From the NCBI GenBank assembly GCA_030691625.1, contig JAUYDX010000088.1, positions 1,856 to 65,855 of the forward strand: 64,000 nt of DNA, in the 5' to 3' direction. The first letter of the stretch is position 1; every line of letters starts with the position of its first letter. Position numbers and translations under genes: made by a program. Positions 46,174-55,225 of the stretch are shown here, piece by piece. The notes under the pieces are model-generated. The model was not told the DNA's origin. It searched no databases and was given only the letters and a program-made list of their open reading frames with translations. Origin of the DNA: Candidatus Omnitrophota bacterium (lineage in GTDB: Bacteria > Omnitrophota > Gorgyraeia > Gorgyraeales > Gorgyraeaceae).

Positions 46174-47778
46174 ATGAAAAATATACTTATTCTTTCCGCA
46201 ATCCTGATACTGATATCAGCCGCAGCAGCGGTTTACGCCCCGGCCCTGAATACGCCTTTCCAGTTTGATGACGTAAAGCGCATAGTGGGCCAGGCGCAGG
46301 TGGAAAACCTGGATCTCGCAGATATCTTTCATTATTCAAAAAGCAGGTTCCTGCTTTATCTTACGCTGGCGCTTAATTATCATTTTGGCGGATATGGTGT
46401 ATTCGGTTTTCACCTTGTTAACCTGGTTATCCATATAATATCCTCTCTCGCGGTATTTGCTTTAGGCATTATTGTATTTAATTCCCCCAGGCTTAAAAAC
46501 CAGGCCCTATCGCGGCACAGCCGCATGCTGGCGTTCTTTTCCTCAATGATATTCGCGCTCCACCCCATGCAGACAGAGTCTGTTACATATATCTGGCAGA
46601 GGGCTGAATCAATGACAGGGATGTTTTATCTCCTGGCGATATTCCTATACGCGAAATTCAGGCTTGCGAGCGCTGCCAGGCCTCGGTTTATGTTTTACGC
46701 GGCATGTTTATTATCAATAATCCTGTGCTCATTCACAAAACCCAATTCCGTAACCCTCCCGGCAGCCATATTGCTTTTCGAGGCATGTTTTCTCAGCAGG
46801 AGCATTAAGGACTTTAAAGGATCCTTAAAATATCTCGCTCCAATTCTTTTATTTATCTTATTGCCCGCGGCGCTGGCTAAATTTGACGTTGGGGAGAATA
46901 AGGGTGTCAGCGTGAGATTTGACAGTTACTACCTGCCGTATTATTACACCAAACTCAGGGTACTGGCAAATTCCCTGTGGCTTATGTTCGCGCCTTTTAA
47001 TCAGACCATAGAGCATGATTTTAGCTGGAGCGCATCTCTTGTAAATCCGATCTCAACCCTCTATAGCGCGGCGGCGCTTTTATCCCTGGCACTGGCAGGC
47101 ATCTTGAGTTTCAGGCGAAGGGTTCTAATAGCTTTTAGCGTCATGTGGTTTTATCTCACGCTCTCAGTCACAACCATACTTTTTTTAGACGATTTATTTT
47201 TCGAGCATTATTTATACCTGCCTATATTCGGATTCAGCCTTGTCTTGCCGGCATTGGGCATGGAAATCGCGGATAATTTCAAACTGGATAAAAAATGGCT
47301 GGCGGCGTGCCTGATTATTTTACTCGCGGCGTATTCTTACGGGACGTATTCCAGGAATCTTGTATGGAAGACAGAGATAACGCTATGGGAAGACGCTGTT
47401 AAAAAAGCCCCTCTAAATGCCAGGGCGCATTATACGTTAGGCGTGTATTATTTCAGGGAGCATAGAAATAATGAGGCGCTGAGAGAATATGAGCTTTCCC
47501 TGAAGCTTAAACCGGAATATCCTGAGGCTTATTACAGGCTCGGGGAGTATTATTTCGATTCCGGCGCCATAGACAAATCCATTTATAATTATAAAAAGGC
47601 ATTGGACATGAATCCTGATTTTTTTGAGGCATATGTAAATCTCGGGAACGCCTACATGGGTTCGGGCCAGAACAAAGATGCCCTTGCCTGCTTTAAAAAC
47701 GCTTTAAGGCTTACTGTTGACAAAAGGTATATCACGGAAATAAACAGCATAATAGATAGGCTGGTAAAATATGAGTGA
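46174..47778 (+). CDS. polytopic membrane protein with C-terminal TPR repeats (glycosyltransferase GT39/PMT-like fold family)
   Basis: about 11 TM helices then 3-4 TPR repeats; paralog of 49675-51411. Confidence 0.6.
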   Translation: MKNILILSAILILISAAAAVYAPALNTPFQFDDVKRIVGQAQVENLDLADIFHYSKSRFLLYLTLALNYHFGGYGVFGFHLVNLVIHIISSLAVFALGIIVFNSPRLKNQALSRHSRMLAFFSSMIFALHPMQTESVTYIWQRAESMTGMFYLLAIFLYAKFRLASAARPRFMFYAACLLSIILCSFTKPNSVTLPAAILLFEACFLSRSIKDFKGSLKYLAPILLFILLPAALAKFDVGENKGVSVRFDSYYLPYYYTKLRVLANSLWLMFAPFNQTIEHDFSWSASLVNPISTLYSAAALLSLALAGILSFRRRVLIAFSVMWFYLTLSVTTILFLDDLFFEHYLYLPIFGFSLVLPALGMEIADNFKLDKKWLAACLIILLAAYSYGTYSRNLVWKTEITLWEDAVKKAPLNARAHYTLGVYYFREHRNNEALREYELSLKLKPEYPEAYYRLGEYYFDSGAIDKSIYNYKKALDMNPDFFEAYVNLGNAYMGSGQNKDALACFKNALRLTVDKRYITEINSIIDRLVKYE

Positions 47779-48061
47779 CCTTGTGAGGGTGTGGAAAGAG
47801 GTGGATATAGCGGATATAGCTAAAAGCCTTTTAATAATCGGGCTTTCAACAGGCGATTGTTCCAACTGCAGGGAACTGGGCATAGACTATTCCAGCGCCA
47901 AGGCCTGCCCTAAGTGCGGGGCTGTATTTAAATACATAGCTTCCAGGAGTAAAGAGATAAAAAAGATAAAAAATAAAAGGCCGGATTTGATATTTATAGA
48001 TCTTGAGGATTACAAAAAAGTCTCAGGGTCCATCAAGGCCAAGGATTTCTTCTCCGCTTGA
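47771..48061 (+). CDS. hypothetical small protein with CxxC..CxxC zinc-ribbon
   Basis: CSNC and CPKC pairs; overlaps upstream stop. Confidence 0.35.
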   Translation: MSDLVRVWKEVDIADIAKSLLIIGLSTGDCSNCRELGIDYSSAKACPKCGAVFKYIASRSKEIKKIKNKRPDLIFIDLEDYKKVSGSIKAKDFFSA

Positions 48062-48107
48062 CAAACTACTTTACATTGAGACAATGACGCAATGTAAAGT
48101 AGTTTAG
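48062..48107. repeat. family-1 palindrome copy M (TTTACATTG variant)
   Basis: same variant as copies G and Q. Confidence 0.85.
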
Positions 48108-48796
48108 AGGGAGTATTTGATGATGGCCCACAATACGCCCAGAGAATATATCCTTTTGAATTTTTTGCCTTCTTTGAATGTCCTGGCTTTATAGGGGATA
48201 GGGACCTCTCTGATTTTAAAACCCGCCTTGCTTATCTTAGCCGTTATTTCCGGCTCTATGTCAAAACCCCTGGATTTCAGGGTAATATTGCTCAGCGCGC
48301 GTTTTTTAAAGACCTTAAAACATGTCATGCAGTCTGTGAGGGATGTGCGGCACAGGGCATTTGTAAGGTAATTCCCGAAACGGTTTGCCAGAAAATACGA
48401 AAGCCTCATTCCTAAAGGGTGCGGTTCTGCCAGGAACCTGGAACCGTAAACAACGTCGGCATTTTCCGTTATAACAGGTTTCAGCAGGCTGGGATACAGG
48501 GAAGGGCTGTATTCCAGGTCAGCGTCCTGGATTATTATTATGTCGCCTGTGGCGTGCGCTATCCCTGATATGAGCGCCGCTCCTTTCCCCTGGTTTTTCA
48601 CGTGCCTGATAACCCTCGCGCTTGGCATTACTATGGAGGCCTTTTCAACCGTCTTGTCTGTGGACCCGTCGTCAATCAAAAGGACCTCTTTTTCAGATAT
48701 ACCGAAAGGAGAAAGGTCCAGGGATTTTATTTCCCTCATAACCTGGGCTATGGTGGCTTCTTCATTGTAAGCGGGTACCAGGATAGAAAGTTTCAT
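48104..48796 (-). CDS. family-2 glycosyltransferase (dolichyl-phosphate mannose synthase-like)
   Basis: GT2 motifs [22 protein letters not shown]. Confidence 0.85.
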   Translation of the reverse strand: MKLSILVPAYNEEATIAQVMREIKSLDLSPFGISEKEVLLIDDGSTDKTVEKASIVMPSARVIRHVKNQGKGAALISGIAHATGDIIIIQDADLEYSPSLYPSLLKPVITENADVVYGSRFLAEPHPLGMRLSYFLANRFGNYLTNALCRTSLTDCMTCFKVFKKRALSNITLKSRGFDIEPEITAKISKAGFKIREVPIPYKARTFKEGKKFKRIYSLGVLWAIIKYSL

Positions 48797-48853
48797 AGAA
48801 GGCAGTATATACGAAAAATATCATTTTTGCAACCTTTTACTACCTTAACCTGC

Positions 48854-48886
48854 CCCAACCTACGAGGTAACCTGCGAGGTTGAAGA
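48854..48886. repeat. family-2 palindrome (partial left arm), upstream side of REPtron
   Basis: CCCCAACCTACGAGGTAACCTGCGAGGTTGAAG. Confidence 0.8.
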
Positions 48887-48946
48887 TAAAAAATTAAAAT
48901 TTTTGAAAGAAACCCCTCATCTAAATGTGTCTTATATGGTAAATAA

Positions 48947-48988
48947 ACCACCTCAACCTGCGAGGTAACCTGCGAGGTTGAAGTGGTT
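48947..48988. repeat. family-2 palindrome immediately 5' of RAYT gene
   Basis: AACCACCTCAACCTGCGAGGTAACCTGCGAGGTTGAAGTGGTT. Confidence 0.9.
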
Positions 48989-49008
48989 AAATCAAAGAGG
49001 AGGTGGAT

Positions 49009-49638
49009 ATGTTTGTTACAGGCGAAATTTATCATGTTTATAGTAAGAGTATAGCTGATTTTAAGATATTCAATAATGATTTTGAATACCAGAGAATTAA
49101 TAAAGCAATGCAATATTATCAAGTTTCTAAACGGCCTGGAAGTTTTTCTAACTTTTTGGAATACGGGAAACAGCTTTCAGCGGGTAATACCAATAATAAA
49201 CTGGTGCAAATTATTTCTTATTGTCCGATGCCGACTCATTTGCATTTTACCTTAAAGCAATTAATAGAAAAAGGGATATCAACATTTATGAGCAATGTCC
49301 TCAATAGCTATACCCGTTATTTTAATATCAAGCATAACCGTAAAGGTCCGCTATGGGAAGGGCGGTTCAAGAAAGTATTGGTGAAAAGCGATGAACAGCT
49401 AATTCATCTGACTCGCTATATCCATTTAAATCCTGTTACAGCAGGTTTGGTTAATAATCCGATAGATTGGCCATGGTCTTCTTATCATGAGTTTATTAAT
49501 AAAGATTTAACAGAAGACAGCATTTGTGAATACAAAAATATATTAGACATAAAACCTGATAGTTATAAAGCATTCACAGAAGATAGAGCTTCTTATCAAA
49601 GAGAATTGGCAAAAATAAAGCATATACTGATCGATTAG
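49009..49638 (+). CDS. REP-associated tyrosine transposase (RAYT; IS200/IS605 TnpA-like HUH enzyme)
   Basis: HUH motif HLHFTL, catalytic Tyr region RYIHLNPV, ~200 aa; flanked on both sides by inverted family-2 palindromes. Confidence 0.8.
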   Translation: MFVTGEIYHVYSKSIADFKIFNNDFEYQRINKAMQYYQVSKRPGSFSNFLEYGKQLSAGNTNNKLVQIISYCPMPTHLHFTLKQLIEKGISTFMSNVLNSYTRYFNIKHNRKGPLWEGRFKKVLVKSDEQLIHLTRYIHLNPVTAGLVNNPIDWPWSSYHEFINKDLTEDSICEYKNILDIKPDSYKAFTEDRASYQRELAKIKHILID

Positions 49639-49680
49639 ACCACCTTAACCTACGAGGTAACCTGCGAGGTTGAGATGGTT
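49639..49680. repeat. family-2 palindrome immediately 3' of RAYT gene
   Basis: GACCACCTTAACCTACGAGGTAACCTGCGAGGTTGAGATGGTT. Confidence 0.9.
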
Positions 49681-51411
49681 ATCAGGGTGTGGTATAATAG
49701 ACGCATGGCAGTTAAAAATATATTTTTAATTATCATTATAATTATCGCGGCAGCCGCGCCTTATATAAACTCCATGCACAATCCTTTCATCTGGGACGAG
49801 GAGGAGATTATAGTAAAAAATCCCGTGATAAAAGATTGGAGCTACCTGCCGCATGTTTTTAAGACAAACATTTTCGGGACAGCAATAACCCCGTCCGGTT
49901 ACTACAGGCCCATGTATACGCTGTCATTCATGGCAGATTACAATATCTGGGGCCTTAATACCTTCGGATACCACCTCTTTAATATCCTATTCCATGTTTT
50001 AAACGCTATTTTGCTGTATTTACTTCTCATGAAGCTTGGGCTGGACAGGAAAATCGCATGCTTTAGCAGTGTATTATTCGCTGTGTATCCGATAAACTGC
50101 GAAGCTGTTACGCTTATAGCCGCAAGAGTGGAGCTCATAGCGGGTTTTCTGCTTTTATCGTGCATGATATGTTTTATCAATGGCGTAAAAGGCCGGGGGC
50201 TTAATTTTCTATTGTCCATTATTTTCTTTGCGCTGGCCATGTTGACAAAAGAAAGCGTTATGGTATTCCCGTTTATACTACTGGCTTACACCCTGATATT
50301 CGTAGAGAAAAAGCCCGGGTCAAAGGCTATTTTACCTTTAATGGTTTTGATATTAATGGCCGCGTTTTACGGTATTGCCAGGTTCCTGCTTCTGGGCCAC
50401 TCGCCGGTCACAACCTTATCCCTTATAAACAGCGCCAGTTTTATTGAAAAGGTTTTTACGTTGCCGGGGATATTATTTACATATGTGTCGCTTATATTGT
50501 TTCCTGTCAGGCTGATAAGCGAATACGATTTTGTGCTGCGAAGTTTCTGGGATCCGCGCGTCTGGCTGGCAGCGTTTTTATTAATAGCCATGTTTTCAGC
50601 CGCGTATCTGCGGCTTAAGCCAAAAAAATATCCGCTATTTTTCATATCCTGGTTTTTAATAAGCCTGGCGCCTTACTTTAATATAATAATCCCCCTGCAT
50701 GCCACTCTTATGGAGCATTGGGCGTATTTTTCCACAATGGGTTTCGCTGCCCTGTCAGGGATAGCTGTTTTTAATATGGCTGAATCCGCGTCTTCCAGGT
50801 GGCTGAAAGGGCTTCTGATCCTGATGGCCGCGTCCCTTATCGGATTTTATATCGCGAAGATAACAGAGCGCAACATGGAATGGAGCGATCCTTTCAGGTT
50901 ATACCAGGCAGATGTTAAAAAAGAGCCGAATAGTTTTTTACTGCATTGCAATCTGGGCGTGGAGTATTTCAGGAGAGGGATGACGGAAGAGGCTGAAAAA
51001 GAATTCCTGGAATGCAATAATGTAAGCCCCGGCGGTAAATATGACACAGCCTGCAATAACCTGGGAGTGATATACGCGAGAAAAGGCAGGACAGAAGAGG
51101 CAATAGCTTTATACAAGGAGAGCATAGACATCAATAACTATCCCCTGGCTTATGAAAATTTAGGCGGGCTTTATAATGCCATGGGTAAACATAGAGACGC
51201 TGTATTAATTCTTGAAAAAGGCGCTGAGCTGTACCCATTAAACATTAATATCCTGTACCAGTTAGGGATCGCTTATTACATGAACAAGGAATTTGGCCCG
51301 GCTAAACAGATGTTTCTGAGGGTGGAGGGGATCCAGAAAAATTATTCAGACACAGCCAAATTCCTCAATCTCCTAAACAACTTGACACTTCAAACATTGT
51401 CACAAGTGTAA
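49675..51411 (+). CDS. polytopic membrane protein with C-terminal TPR repeats, paralog of 46174-47778; C-terminus and stop inside a family-1 palindrome
   Basis: same architecture and alignable N-terminus (..WDEEEII / FQFDDVKRIVG..) as the paralog. Confidence 0.6.
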   Translation: MVIRVWYNRRMAVKNIFLIIIIIIAAAAPYINSMHNPFIWDEEEIIVKNPVIKDWSYLPHVFKTNIFGTAITPSGYYRPMYTLSFMADYNIWGLNTFGYHLFNILFHVLNAILLYLLLMKLGLDRKIACFSSVLFAVYPINCEAVTLIAARVELIAGFLLLSCMICFINGVKGRGLNFLLSIIFFALAMLTKESVMVFPFILLAYTLIFVEKKPGSKAILPLMVLILMAAFYGIARFLLLGHSPVTTLSLINSASFIEKVFTLPGILFTYVSLILFPVRLISEYDFVLRSFWDPRVWLAAFLLIAMFSAAYLRLKPKKYPLFFISWFLISLAPYFNIIIPLHATLMEHWAYFSTMGFAALSGIAVFNMAESASSRWLKGLLILMAASLIGFYIAKITERNMEWSDPFRLYQADVKKEPNSFLLHCNLGVEYFRRGMTEEAEKEFLECNNVSPGGKYDTACNNLGVIYARKGRTEEAIALYKESIDINNYPLAYENLGGLYNAMGKHRDAVLILEKGAELYPLNINILYQLGIAYYMNKEFGPAKQMFLRVEGIQKNYSDTAKFLNLLNNLTLQTLSQV

Positions 51412-51420
51412 AGTTGTTAG
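51373..51420. repeat. family-1 palindrome copy N, supplies C-terminus and stop of TPR-membrane gene
   Basis: inverted repeat; host ORF ends ..NLTLQTLSQV* inside it. Confidence 0.9.
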
Positions 51421-51463
51421 GATGGCTTGACCGGAGATGGATTATGCGATATAATAAAAACCA

Positions 51464-52909
51464 ATGAGCGCTGGGAAAAAGAAGGTATTATTAGCTGAGC
51501 ATGAGACAGGCATTGCTGAAATAATCCAGTATCTCCTTAAGGCGTGGGATTACGAAACGATTATTATTTCAAAGGGCTCGGCAGTGCTGGAGGCAGTGAG
51601 GCGGGAACAGCCGGATATTATAATAATAGACTGGGGCCTGCCTGACATGGACGGCCTCAAGGTTTCCAGGGTACTCAAGGAAGATTTTCTCACCGCGCAC
51701 ATACCCGTAATAGTCCTCATAGACAAAAAACAGATAAGAAAAAAGATGCTCGAGATAGAGCAGGGCGTGGACGATTATATCGCCAACCCGCCTGACCCTA
51801 TAGACCTGGAGGTCAGGATGGAGCTTGCCCTGCGCAGGACCAGCCACCAGCTTTACGCGAATGCCCTCACAAAACTCCCGGGAAATAAACAGATAGAAAA
51901 GGCCATACATGCCAGGATGGATGCGAAAGAATTGTTTTCAGTGGCGTATTATGATATAGATAATTTTAAATCATTCAATGACAAATACGGCTACATGAAA
52001 GGCGACAGCGTGATAAGGCACACGGCTTATATTATCTCCACAACGGTCAAGAGATACGGTAATCCCGGCGATTTCGTGGGGCACATAGGAGGGGACGATT
52101 TCGTGGTGGTCACTACGCCTGACAGGGACAGGCTGGTCGCATCAGAGTCTATACTGGCCTTTACCAGGGCAGTGCATTTTCATTATTCAAAAGAGGACAG
52201 GGACAGGACTTATATAGTGGCAAAAGACAGGCGGGGCAACGTGGTGAATACGCCTCTGATGAGCATCTCAATAGCCATAGCGAACAATAAAAATTTCCCT
52301 ATAAAAAATATGGTGGAGCTGATGGAGATTATCACAGAGATAAAACATTACCTGAAGACCCTGCCCGGGAGCAATTTTCTTGTGAATAGGCGCCAGACTG
52401 AAAAGAGGTTATTCATAGAAGAACCCTGCGCCGCGCCGGGACAGGCTAACAAAGAAGATAAATTCAGGCATAAGCCGCTCGGCCAGATACTGCTGGAGTC
52501 GCAGGTGATTACGCCGGAACAGCTTGAAACCGCGCTAAACAGGCATTGGTCCACCGGCCAGAAAATAGGACAAAGCATAATGAACCTTGGCATGGCCAGC
52601 TCAGGTGATATTGCCAGGGCACTGGAAACGCAGTTCAATGTCCCGCACTTTGATATCCGGGACATGAGCGAAAACGGAGAATTAAAAGAGATAATGTCCA
52701 AGGTGTCTTTTGAGATAATGAAACATTACGGGGTTGTGCCTGTGAGAAAGGATAAAAATACGCTGCTCCTGGCAATGCTCGACCCTAAAAATATGGAGGC
52801 AATGGCTAAGATAAAAAGCCTCACTGGGTGCGTCATAGCGCCTTTATTTGTCCTGGAGAGCGAATTCAGCGAGATATTTGACAGGGTGGCGGTTAAATCA
52901 GGGCTATAA
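51464..52909 (+). CDS. response-regulator receiver + GGDEF diguanylate cyclase (GGDDF) + C-terminal MshEN/T2SSE_N c-di-GMP-binding domain
   Basis: REC with conserved Asp; GGDDF active-site variant with RxxD-like I-site region; C-terminal LGQILLESQVITPEQLETAL...LLLAMLDP pattern typical of the GspE-N/MshEN fold. Confidence 0.8.
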   Translation: MSAGKKKVLLAEHETGIAEIIQYLLKAWDYETIIISKGSAVLEAVRREQPDIIIIDWGLPDMDGLKVSRVLKEDFLTAHIPVIVLIDKKQIRKKMLEIEQGVDDYIANPPDPIDLEVRMELALRRTSHQLYANALTKLPGNKQIEKAIHARMDAKELFSVAYYDIDNFKSFNDKYGYMKGDSVIRHTAYIISTTVKRYGNPGDFVGHIGGDDFVVVTTPDRDRLVASESILAFTRAVHFHYSKEDRDRTYIVAKDRRGNVVNTPLMSISIAIANNKNFPIKNMVELMEIITEIKHYLKTLPGSNFLVNRRQTEKRLFIEEPCAAPGQANKEDKFRHKPLGQILLESQVITPEQLETALNRHWSTGQKIGQSIMNLGMASSGDIARALETQFNVPHFDIRDMSENGELKEIMSKVSFEIMKHYGVVPVRKDKNTLLLAMLDPKNMEAMAKIKSLTGCVIAPLFVLESEFSEIFDRVAVKSGL

Positions 52910-52911
52910 AA

Positions 52912-53090
52912 AAGAAAAAAGCCGATAAAGGCTTTTAGCTTCGGCTTTTCATCGCTCGGCAACCCGGCCGCCATATTATTACTGACTGCCTCACTGACCA
53001 TTTGCGTTAGCTCAGGTCACGGCTTGTCAGAATAACTTAGGCCCGTAGGCTTTGCGCCCCCTGATTTCTCAGGGTTTGCCCTTATCGGCT
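52912..53090 (-). ncRNA. c-di-GMP-I (GEMM) riboswitch-like RNA with own promoter and terminator, convergent with/antisense-oriented to the GGDEF gene
   Basis: minus-strand RNA AGCCGAUAAGGGCAAACC-CUGAGAAAUCAGG-GGGCGCAAAGCC-UACGGGCCUAAG...GGCGGCCGGGUUGCCGAGCGAUG matches the GEMM consensus; ends in a hairpin plus U6. Confidence 0.55.
52917..52950. terminator. bidirectional intrinsic terminator (ends GGDEF gene on + and GEMM RNA on -)
   Basis: AAGCCGA..TCGGCTT hairpin flanked by A-run on one side and T-run on the other. Confidence 0.6.
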
Positions 53091-53096
53091 ATAATA

Positions 53097-53125
53097 AGTA
53101 TACCATATAAATCCAGGGTTTTCAA
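53097..53125 (-). promoter_or_regulatory. sigma-70-like promoter on minus strand (TTGAAA-17-TATACT) driving the GEMM RNA
   Basis: reverse complement of 53120-53125 is TTGAAA, 17 nt spacer, TATACT at 53102-53097, TSS about 53090. Confidence 0.6.
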
Positions 53126-53137
53126 GGGCGCTGGTGG

Positions 53138-53183
53138 CAACAACTTGACACTTGTAACAATGTCACAAGTGTCAAGTTGTTGG
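53138..53183. repeat. family-1 palindrome copy O
   Basis: inverted repeat. Confidence 0.9.
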
Positions 53184-53196
53184 AGGGAGGTGAGGA

Positions 53197-54210
53197 TTGA
53201 AGAGATACAGTCTGGCAGTTTTGTTTGGCTTTGCGCTTGTATTGATGTCTTATGAATGCGCGTTTTGCAAGCCAATACCTATACGCAACCAGATGCCTTT
53301 GTATTTATTTTATCTGCAGATGGAGCCTGATAAAGCAGGCGTAACAGAGAAGGATAAATTTGATATAGACGCGGATTATACAGTTTCAAACGTAACCGTA
53401 AGCTGTTTCACCCCTGACACGTCCATGTACAATATAAACATTGACGCTGAGGTTTCCAGGGTGACGCTTGATCTAAGATACGGCGTTTTTGAGAATTTCG
53501 AGGCAGGCCTGGAGGCGCCTTATCTGATCCTGTCGCGGGGTTACTTAGATAGTTTTGTGGAAGATTTTGAGGACGCGATAGGCGCCAGGACGCCGCGCTC
53601 CAGGATACGCCAGGGCACAAATAATTACAATTACTCTTTTATCTACAATGGCCAGGATCTGATAAATAAGAAAAGCGCCTCGGACGGCCTGGGCGATATG
53701 GCGCTGAAGGCCAAATACAGGATTATCGAGGAGGAAGAAGGTTTTTTCGCGCCTAATGTCTCTATAAGGAGCGCGCTGAAGCTTCCCACGGGCAGGAAAA
53801 GGGACCTCCTGGGCAGCGGAGAATTTGACTGGGGCCTGGGCGTGATAGCTGACAAGTCATTTTCCAAGAGGATGAGTTTTTACTGCGGCCTGAATGTCGT
53901 GTTTATACAAAAGCCGGATTTTTTCAGCGCGTTGAATATAAAAAAGGAGATAGCCTCCGGTTTTATTGGCATTGAATATTTTTTCACAGAAAGGTTTTCC
54001 CTGGTGGCGCAGGTCTCAGGCAATACCACGCCTTACCCTGACAGCGGGACAAATGCCCTGGACGAGTCCGCGGGCGATGTGAGTTTCGGTATTAATTATA
54101 TCTGGAAAGAAAAGCGCAATGTTTCGTGGCGTTTCGCGTTTACGGAAAATATAAATTCCGCGTCCAGTCCGGACGTGAGTTTTAATACAGGGTGGGATGT
54201 GGGGTTCTGA
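53197..54210 (+). CDS. outer-membrane beta-barrel protein, hypothetical
   Basis: signal peptide, beta-strand periodicity, C-terminal GWDVGF. Confidence 0.5.
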   Translation: MKRYSLAVLFGFALVLMSYECAFCKPIPIRNQMPLYLFYLQMEPDKAGVTEKDKFDIDADYTVSNVTVSCFTPDTSMYNINIDAEVSRVTLDLRYGVFENFEAGLEAPYLILSRGYLDSFVEDFEDAIGARTPRSRIRQGTNNYNYSFIYNGQDLINKKSASDGLGDMALKAKYRIIEEEEGFFAPNVSIRSALKLPTGRKRDLLGSGEFDWGLGVIADKSFSKRMSFYCGLNVVFIQKPDFFSALNIKKEIASGFIGIEYFFTERFSLVAQVSGNTTPYPDSGTNALDESAGDVSFGINYIWKEKRNVSWRFAFTENINSASSPDVSFNTGWDVGF

Positions 54211-54213
54211 TCA

Positions 54214-55164
54214 ATGAAGATAAAAGGGGTTTTTATAACAGTTTTTGTTATTTTAGTGATTTTAATTGCCGCGCTGGCTGTTTTTATACTGACCTTTGAC
54301 GCCAACCGCTATAAAGGCGCGTTGATAGAAAAGCTGGAGGCGTCTATGGATAAGGACGTGCGCATAGACAGCATCTCTGTAAATATCCTGGCCGGGTTCG
54401 GCGTGGAGGCAAAAGGCATCGCCATAAAAGACAGGGGTAAGCCGTGGACCGATTATTTATTAGAGGCCAAGAGCCTGAATGCGAGCGTAGAGATCTTTCC
54501 GCTTCTGAAAAAGGATATTCGGATTCAGAGATTGCGCATACCCGGCCTGATCATAAATACCGGATCCGGCACAAATTTCAGGTGCGCGCTTGATTTAAAA
54601 ATGAGTATTTTAATCAATAGCATGTCGCAGGAAGACATGTTGAAGACATTAAGCGCGAAGGGAAACATGAAAGTGGACAATGCGGTTCTGGAAAACGTGA
54701 ATGTCCTGAATGCGGCATTGGATAAGCTGAATATGCTGCCTGACCTTGTCCAGAAATTAAAGGATAATCTGCCTGAGAAATACAGCAAGCTTTTAGACCA
54801 GAATAACACTGTGTTTAAGCCCATGGATGCGGATTTCGAAATAAGGGATGCCAGGATTTATTTTGACAAGCTTTTGGTGGAATCAGACGCGTTTTATCTG
54901 GCGGGCAAAGGGTCTATCGGCATGGACCAGGCCTTAGATATAGGCGCTTATCTATCCATACCGCAGGACCTTTCAGAGGCGTTTATTAAAGTCGTGCCGG
55001 AACTAGGCTATCTTACAGATAAAAAAGGCCTTATAACAATGCCGCTCCAGATAACAGGCAGCGCGCCAAATATATCTATCGCGCCTGACCTCAATTACGT
55101 GATACAGAGATTGCTTGTGTCAAAAGGCCAGGAACTGCTGGATAAACTCTTTAAAAGAAAATAG
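54214..55164 (+). CDS. AsmA-like membrane-anchored protein
   Basis: single N-terminal TM anchor, AsmA-family-like repetitive beta-rich region. Confidence 0.4.
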   Translation: MKIKGVFITVFVILVILIAALAVFILTFDANRYKGALIEKLEASMDKDVRIDSISVNILAGFGVEAKGIAIKDRGKPWTDYLLEAKSLNASVEIFPLLKKDIRIQRLRIPGLIINTGSGTNFRCALDLKMSILINSMSQEDMLKTLSAKGNMKVDNAVLENVNVLNAALDKLNMLPDLVQKLKDNLPEKYSKLLDQNNTVFKPMDADFEIRDARIYFDKLLVESDAFYLAGKGSIGMDQALDIGAYLSIPQDLSEAFIKVVPELGYLTDKKGLITMPLQITGSAPNISIAPDLNYVIQRLLVSKGQELLDKLFKRK

Positions 55165-55225
55165 GAAAGGGATGAGCAAAGCGAGTAAGCAGAATTTTAA
55201 TACCCGCCTCTTTAGCCGCTAATCC

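Noticed and set aside
52912-53090. Initially considered the minus-strand ~180-nt RNA with long closing stem to be a 6S RNA
   Set aside because: Internal sequence matches the GEMM c-di-GMP-I consensus and a second homologous aptamer at 34122-34250; the 6S central-bubble architecture is not evident
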